DNA of 64,000 nucleotides from Macrostomum hystrix (taxonomy: Eukaryota > Animalia > Platyhelminthes). Each line of letters opens with the position of its first letter. Within the stretch, counting starts at the first letter, position 1. This document shows positions 57,846 to 64,000 of this stretch, in pieces. A program made the translations under genes and the position numbers. The notes under the pieces are model-generated. The model did no database searches and was not told the origin of the DNA. It saw only the letters and a program-made list of their open reading frames with translations. Location of the stretch: positions 3,038,001 to 3,102,000 of the forward strand of contig CATNEN010000005.1 of the NCBI GenBank assembly GCA_950097015.1, written 5' to 3'.

Positions 57846-58274
57846 ACTAAGAGCCAGCCATTAACATAGGGGTATTTTTATTAGCAAATTGTCTTTTGCA
57901 TTATTCGAGCCCCCTTTTAACGAAACCCCGCTAAAAATGAAACAAAGCAGAAGTCTTTGTTACACAGTTTGGGTTTGATGATTTCCAGCTGGCACTGTAG
58001 TATCCTCGAAGAAATGGCAAGCAATGCTAATTAAAATTTTGCCAGCAAAAAAGCGAACTTTGGTCCACATTTGGTCCCTTAAAGATACAGTTTTTTTTCC
58101 CGCATTCTACTAGAGAAATATGGAAAACAGACCCCATTTAGAATTATCTCGCGCTGTGGGAAATATTTTCGAGTCAGATTGTTTCCATGCACTAATAATA
58201 TCCCCGAAACAGATAAAACTGACAGTGGCCTAGATATGGGACAAAATAGGCATTGAATTTTAGTGACAACGAGT

Positions 58275-58565
58275 CAGAGATGAGAGAGGGGAGAGACGAG
58301 ACAGGGGAGAGACGAGACAGGGGAGAGACGAGACAGGGGAGAGACGAGACAGCGGAGAGACGAGACAAGGGAGAGACGAGACAGGGGAGAGACGAGACAA
58401 AGGAGAGACGAGACAGGGGAGAGACGAGACAGGGAAGAGACGAGACAGAGGAGAGACGAGACAGAGGAGAGACGAAACACGGTGGAGATGAGACAGGGGA
58501 GAGACGAAACACGGTGGAGATGAGAGAGGGGAGTGATGAGACAGGGGATAGAGATGAGACACGTG
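58275..58565 (+). repeat. 16-bp minisatellite GGGGAGAGACGAGACA
   Basis: Related to the GGGAGAGATGAGACAC family. Confidence 0.9.
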
Positions 58566-59244
58566 GTTCATAATAGAGTTATAAAAGAAGCATCAAGTTA
58601 CATTGTTTAGAAATTAATGAGATCATTTTACAAAACCCAGACTGATTCGTAGGCAATAATAGTAAGCTTCTTCAATAGGGGAAAAAGTTTTAGTTTGCGA
58701 AAGAAACAAGCAGTTAATAAATAGACAATCTAGCTCGTATAAATAGACACATTTGGTATTTCTAGAAGTCAAGTGTTTATCCTAACTGCTGATCGAACAT
58801 TTCGGTAAAATTTGTTTATGGTTGTCTACGAAATGTACTAAAACTGACTGGCTTTACCTAAATAAACCTAGCTATAGTTCTGCTATCGATAAATTGTCTA
58901 ACAGACAGAAGCAATATAGCGGGTAAAAGGATTGTGAACAGATTCGAAAAACGAAAGATGATTTCTATTTATACCAGACTGTGAGCGGTTCGTTTCATCT
59001 CCAGTTCTACACGGACAATTAGCTTTGGCACAAGCATTCTTTGAGAGAGCGGACTAACTCTCTTACTTCCTCATCTCCTGTCTGTGTAATACCATAATCC
59101 CGTTTCTCGGTTCGGCAGTCTTTGCTGTGGCATAGACCTAGCGCAGAGAATTGGGATCTGGGAGATTTCGGGATTGGCTGTACGAGCAGGACATGAGACG
59201 TATTACATTTTTGTTTGCCAAAACTACATTTGTAGTTTTTTTAC

Positions 59245-59785
59245 TTTGTATCTACGCTACCATCTACTAAATGTTCTCTCTGTATCTACGCTACCATGTA
59301 CTAAATCTACTCTTTGTATCTACTCTACCATCTACTAAATCTACTCTCTGTATCTACTCTACCATCTACTAAATCTACTCTCTGTATCTACTCTACCATC
59401 TACTAAATCTACTCTTTCTATCTACTCTACCATCTACTAAATCTACTCTTTGGATCTACGCTACCATCTACTAAATAAACTCTGTATCTACGCTACCATC
59501 TACTAAATCTACTCTCAGTATCTACTCTACCATCTACCCACTCTAATCTTTGTATCTACTCTACCATCTACTAAATCTACTCTTTGTATCTACTCTACCA
59601 TCTACTAAATCTACTCTTTGTATCTACTCTACCATCTACTAAATCTACTCTTTGTATCTACTCTACCATCTACTAACTCTACTCTCTGTACCTACTTTAT
59701 CAACTACCAACTTCACTCTCTGTACCTACTCTACAATCTACCCACTCTACTCTTTGTATCTACTCTACCATCTCCCTCCCTACTC
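59245..59785 (+). repeat. 34-bp minisatellite TGTATCTACTCTACCATCTACTAAATCTACTCTT
   Basis: Same period and near-same unit as 55850-56665. Confidence 0.92.
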
Positions 59786-60324
59786 TCAAAAAGGTAGATG
59801 CACAGTAAGAAACAGCTCAAAGTTAGATGCCATCAACTGCTTATATCGCAGCATAAACACACAAGTTGAGATAAAAGGTTCGTTCACAAATTTCTATGAG
59901 CTACTAGGAATGCGCAAATAAATGTCTCTCCCATATTGACTTATTGTTTGATTTCAAACCAAGACTGCCAGTCTAGGGCCGCCAAAAGGCAGTCTTTGTT
60001 AAAAACTCCCATTCCCATACACTGACAGCCATAAAATATCCTCTAACAAGCCCACTCTCATATCTCAGGATTTATATCTGTCTGTCTGTCTGTAACATTT
60101 TGCCAAACCACTGGTTTATTTACACAGATAGCCAAATTAGGGGTATAAACTGGTTTGGCACCGACTAGTAATAGTATGTTGCATAGCTTTGATACTTATC
60201 TACTATGTTAGAAGGAACTCTTTGTTTGTTAAAATGGTAACCAGAATTGTCACGGAAATCAAACAAAACTCAATAACATTCTCAGGCTAATGGGCTTAAA
60301 ACCAAGTGGAGAGGAAAATAAGCT

Positions 60325-62035
60325 CAGGGGAATGACACAAGAATCTGAGGAAAATGAGACAGGAATCTCAGAGGAATGAGACGAGAATCTCAGGGGAATG
60401 AGACGAGAATCTCAGGGGAATGAGACAGTAATCTCAGGGGAATGAGACAAGAATCTCATAGGAATGAGACGAGAATCTCAGGGGAATGAGACAGTAATCT
60501 CAGGGGAATGAGACAGGAATCTCAGGGGAATGAGACGAGAATCTCAGGGGAATGAGACAGTAATCTCAGGGGAATGAGACAGGAATCTCAGGGGAATGAG
60601 ACAAGAATCTGAGGAAAATGAGACAGGAATCTCAGGGGAATGAGACAGGAATCTCAGAGGAATGAGACAAGAATCTGAGGAAAATGAGACAGGAATCTCA
60701 GAGGAATGAGAGAGGAATCTCAGGCGAATGAAACAAGAATCTCATAGGAATGAAACCAGAATCTCATAGGAATCAGACAAGAATCTCATAGGAATGAGAC
60801 AAGAATCTCATAGGAATGAGACAGGAATCTCAGGGGAAGGAGATAAGAGTCTCAGGGGAGAGAGTTAAGAATATCGGGTGAAGGAGACAGGAATCTTATA
60901 GGAATGAAACAAGAATCTCAGGGGAATGAAGCAAGAATCTCATAGGAATGAGACAAGAATCTCATAGGATTGAGACAAGAATCTCATTGGAATGAAGCAA
61001 GAATCTCATAGGAATGAGACAAGAATCTCATAGGAATGAAGCAAGAATCTCATAGGAATGAGACAAGAATCTCAGGGGAATGAGACAGGAATCTCATCTG
61101 AATGAGGCCGGAATCTCAGGGAAATGAGACAGAAATCTCATAGGAATGAGACAGGAATCTCAGGGGAATAAGACAGGAATCTCAGGGGAAGGAGATAAGA
61201 GTCTCAGGGGAGAGAGTTAAGAATATCGGGTGAAGGAGACAGGAATCTCATAGGAATGAAACAAGAATCTCATAGGAATGAGACAAGAATCTCATAGGAA
61301 TGAGACAAGAATCTCATAGTAATGAAACAAGAATCTCAGGGGAATGAAACAAGAATCTCAGGGGAATGAAACAAGAATCTCATAGGAATAAGACAGGAAT
61401 CTCATCTGAATGAGACAGGAATCTCATCTGAATGAGACAGGAATCTCAGGGAAACGAGACAGAAATCTCATAAGAATGAGACAGGAATCTCATAGGAATG
61501 AGACAGGAATCTCATCTGAATGAGACAGGAATCTCAGGGAAACGAGACAGAAATCTCATAGGAATGAGACAGGAATCTCATAGGAATGAGACAGGAATCT
61601 CATAGGAATGAGACAGGAATCTCATAGGAATGAGACAGGAATCTCAGGGAAACGAGACAGAAATCTCATAGGAATGAGACAGGAATCTCATAGGAATGAA
61701 ACAAGAATCTCATAGGAATGAGACAGGAATCTTATAGGAATGAGACAAGAATCTCAGAGGAATGAGACAGGAATCTCAGGGGAAGGAGATAAGAGTCTTA
61801 GGGGAGAGAGTTAAGAATATCGGGTGATGGAGACAGGAATCTCATAGGAATAAGACAGGAATCTCAGGGGAATAAGACAGGAATCTCATAGGAATAAGAC
61901 AGGAATCTCAGGGGAATAAGACAGGAATCTCAGAGGAAGGAGATTAGAGTCTCAGGGCAGAGAGTTAAGAAGGAGACAGGAATCTCATAGGAAGGAGACA
62001 AGATTCTCATAGGAATAAGACAGAAAATTCACGGG
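60325..62035 (+). repeat. 22-bp minisatellite GAATGAGACAGGAATCTCA(TAG/GGG)
   Basis: About 75 copies with a recurring GGAGATAAGAGTCTCAGGGGAGAGAGTTAAGAA insert. Confidence 0.94.
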
Positions 62036-62786
62036 CATGAGAATATTTATTGAGCAGCGAACAATATTATACAGTTTTGGCATTTTTTCCCAAAAATCCC
62101 TTGCTTATCATTCTACAAGTCGACAGTAATGATATTCAGGTTTTAGAAGCTGTTAATAGGTTCTGAGATGGCCCAAGTTATTGCCCAAGCAATACTTAGC
62201 TATATGCTGCAAATGGCACTCGAATACCTAGTAGAAGGCAAGCATTTATTGTGCTAACGAAAACACACAACCAACTGGATTCCTAGAACAAACATGTGAA
62301 GCACCCGTTAACTAGCAGGCTAGATTTCTCGATTCACTCAAGCTGCGAGTATTTTTGTACAGTTTACATGCATAGATCCGAGTTTAGCGCTATAGATGCA
62401 GAGAGAGAGAGAGAGAAAGCCGAGTCATGGAAAGTTGGATGCGAAATGTTCTCACGGCTCCTTAATACACAGAATGTTTAACTCCGCAGAGTGTAGACGC
62501 GTATCGGGCTTCATGTTTGGTACCTTACTTCTTGATTCGAGGTTTCGTTCATATAGATTTTTTATAAAGTTAGTTTAACTAACGTTTGCGCCCATATCTA
62601 TAGTTTGTTTAATAGTGTGTGCATGTGTGTTTTTATCTTAAAGAAAATAGTGATGATTGTTTGGCTAAAGTAAGACCTACCTGAGATTTTAATCTCAGCT
62701 CATGTTTTTTTCAACCTGATGTAATATCTTTATTGTGATAATCTGTGTTCTTGTTTTTTTAATAGCGATTTAATATACTCTTACAG

Positions 62787-63990
62787 CGGAGAGAGATTAG
62801 CGGAGAGAGATTAGCGGAGAGAGATTAGCGGAGAGAGATTAGGGGAGAGATATTAGCGGAGAGATATTAGCGGAGAAAGGGATAAGTGAAGAGAGATTAG
62901 CGGAGAGAGATTAGCGGAGAGAGATTAGCGGAGAGAGATTAGGGGAGAGAGATTAGCGGAGAGAGATTAGCGGAGAGAGATTAGCGGAGAGAGATTAGCG
63001 GAGAGAGATTAGCGGAGAGATATTAGCGGAGAGAGATTAGCGGAGAGAGATTAGCGGAGAGAGATTAGCGGAGAGAGATTAGCGGAGAGAGATTAGCGGA
63101 GAGAGATTAGCGGAGAGAGATTAGCGGACACAGATTAGGGGAGTGATATTAGCGGACAGAGATTAGGGGAGAGATATTAGCGGACAGAGATTAGGGGAGA
63201 GATATTAGCGGACAGAGATTAGGGGAGTGATATTAGCGGACAGAGATTAGGGGGAGTGATATTAGCGGACAGAGATTAGGGGAGTGATATTAGCGGACAG
63301 AGATTAGCGGAGAGAGATTAGCGGAGAGAGATTAGGGGAGTGATATTAGCGGACAGAGATTAGGGGAGTGATATTAGCGGACAGAGATTAGGGGAGTGAT
63401 ATTAGCGGACAGAGATTTGGGGAGTGATATTAGCGGACAGAGATTAGGGGAGTGATATTAGCGGACAGAGATTAGGGGAGAGATATTAGCGGACAGAGAT
63501 TAGGGGAGTGATATTAGCGGACAGAGATTAGGGGAGAGATATTAGCGGACAGAGATTTGGGGAGTGATATTAGCGGACAGAGATTAGGGGAGTGATATTA
63601 GCGGACAGAGATTAGGGGAGAGATATTAGCGGACAGAGATTAGGGGAGTGATATTAGCGGACAGAGATTAGGGGAGAGATATTAGCGGACAGAGATTAGG
63701 GGAGTGATATTAGCAGACAGAGATTAGGGGAGTGATATTAGCGGACAGAGATTAGGGGGAGTGATATTAGCGGACAGAGATTAGGGGAGAGATATTAGCG
63801 GACAGAGATTAGGGGAGTGATATTAGCGGACAGAGATTAGGGGAGTGATATTAGCGGACAGAGATTAGGGGGAGTGATATTAGCGGACAGAGATTAGGGG
63901 AGTGATATTAGCGGACAGAGATTAGGGGAGTGATATTAGCGGACAGAGATTAGGGGAGTGATATTAGCGGACAGAGATTAGGGGAGACAG
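62787..63990 (+). repeat. 14-bp GGAGAGAGATTAGC array grading into a 28-bp dimer GGACAGAGATTAGGGGAGTGATATTAGC
   Basis: Transition at about 63120-63350. Confidence 0.95.
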
Positions 63991-64000
63991 GGTAGCGGAC

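Noticed and set aside
59957-60000. Hairpin AAGACTGCC...GGCAGTCTT in mbl intron 2
   Set aside because: The stem is only about 9-13 bp with an 18-nt loop, too short for a pre-miRNA, and there is no other support.
63120-63990. Telomere or interstitial telomeric sequence (TTAGGG; also TTTAGGG in the 45-mer at 45530)
   Set aside because: There is only one hexamer per 28- or 45-bp unit, explained by point mutation of the monomer; no (TTAGGG)n tract is present.

Overview
Metazoan (eukaryotic) genomic DNA, not prokaryotic or viral. GC-rich spliced exons are separated by introns and intergenic gaps filled with tandem repeats; about 42 distinct mini/microsatellite arrays cover roughly half of the window (hand estimate about 34 kb). 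The architecture is reminiscent of a free-living flatworm such as Macrostomum (inference only). Eight genes were reconstructed by hand with frame-consistent GT-AG junctions: last exon of a cryptochrome/6-4 photolyase (+), NKRF-like (+), brainiac/BRE-5-like GT31 glycosyltransferase (+), V-ATPase subunit C (-), EFHB (+), an unnamed single-pass receptor with a catalytically dead PTP-like domain (-), PPP1R16/MYPT3-like (-), and the first two coding exons of muscleblind (+). Two tRNA-derived SINE families are present, one CORE-type. Best leads: (1) an intron-by-intron minisatellite system, with one array inserted inside a SINE and identical units recurring at distant loci; (2) a YGCY-motif array plus a duplicated 5' splice site in muscleblind; (3) a possible XTBD-only short isoform of NKRF; (4) the receptor pseudophosphatase with an in-frame repeat or exitron. 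Family assignments come from remembered motifs, not database searches. Exon coordinates were checked for phase; repeat boundaries are approximate (+/-20-30 nt).
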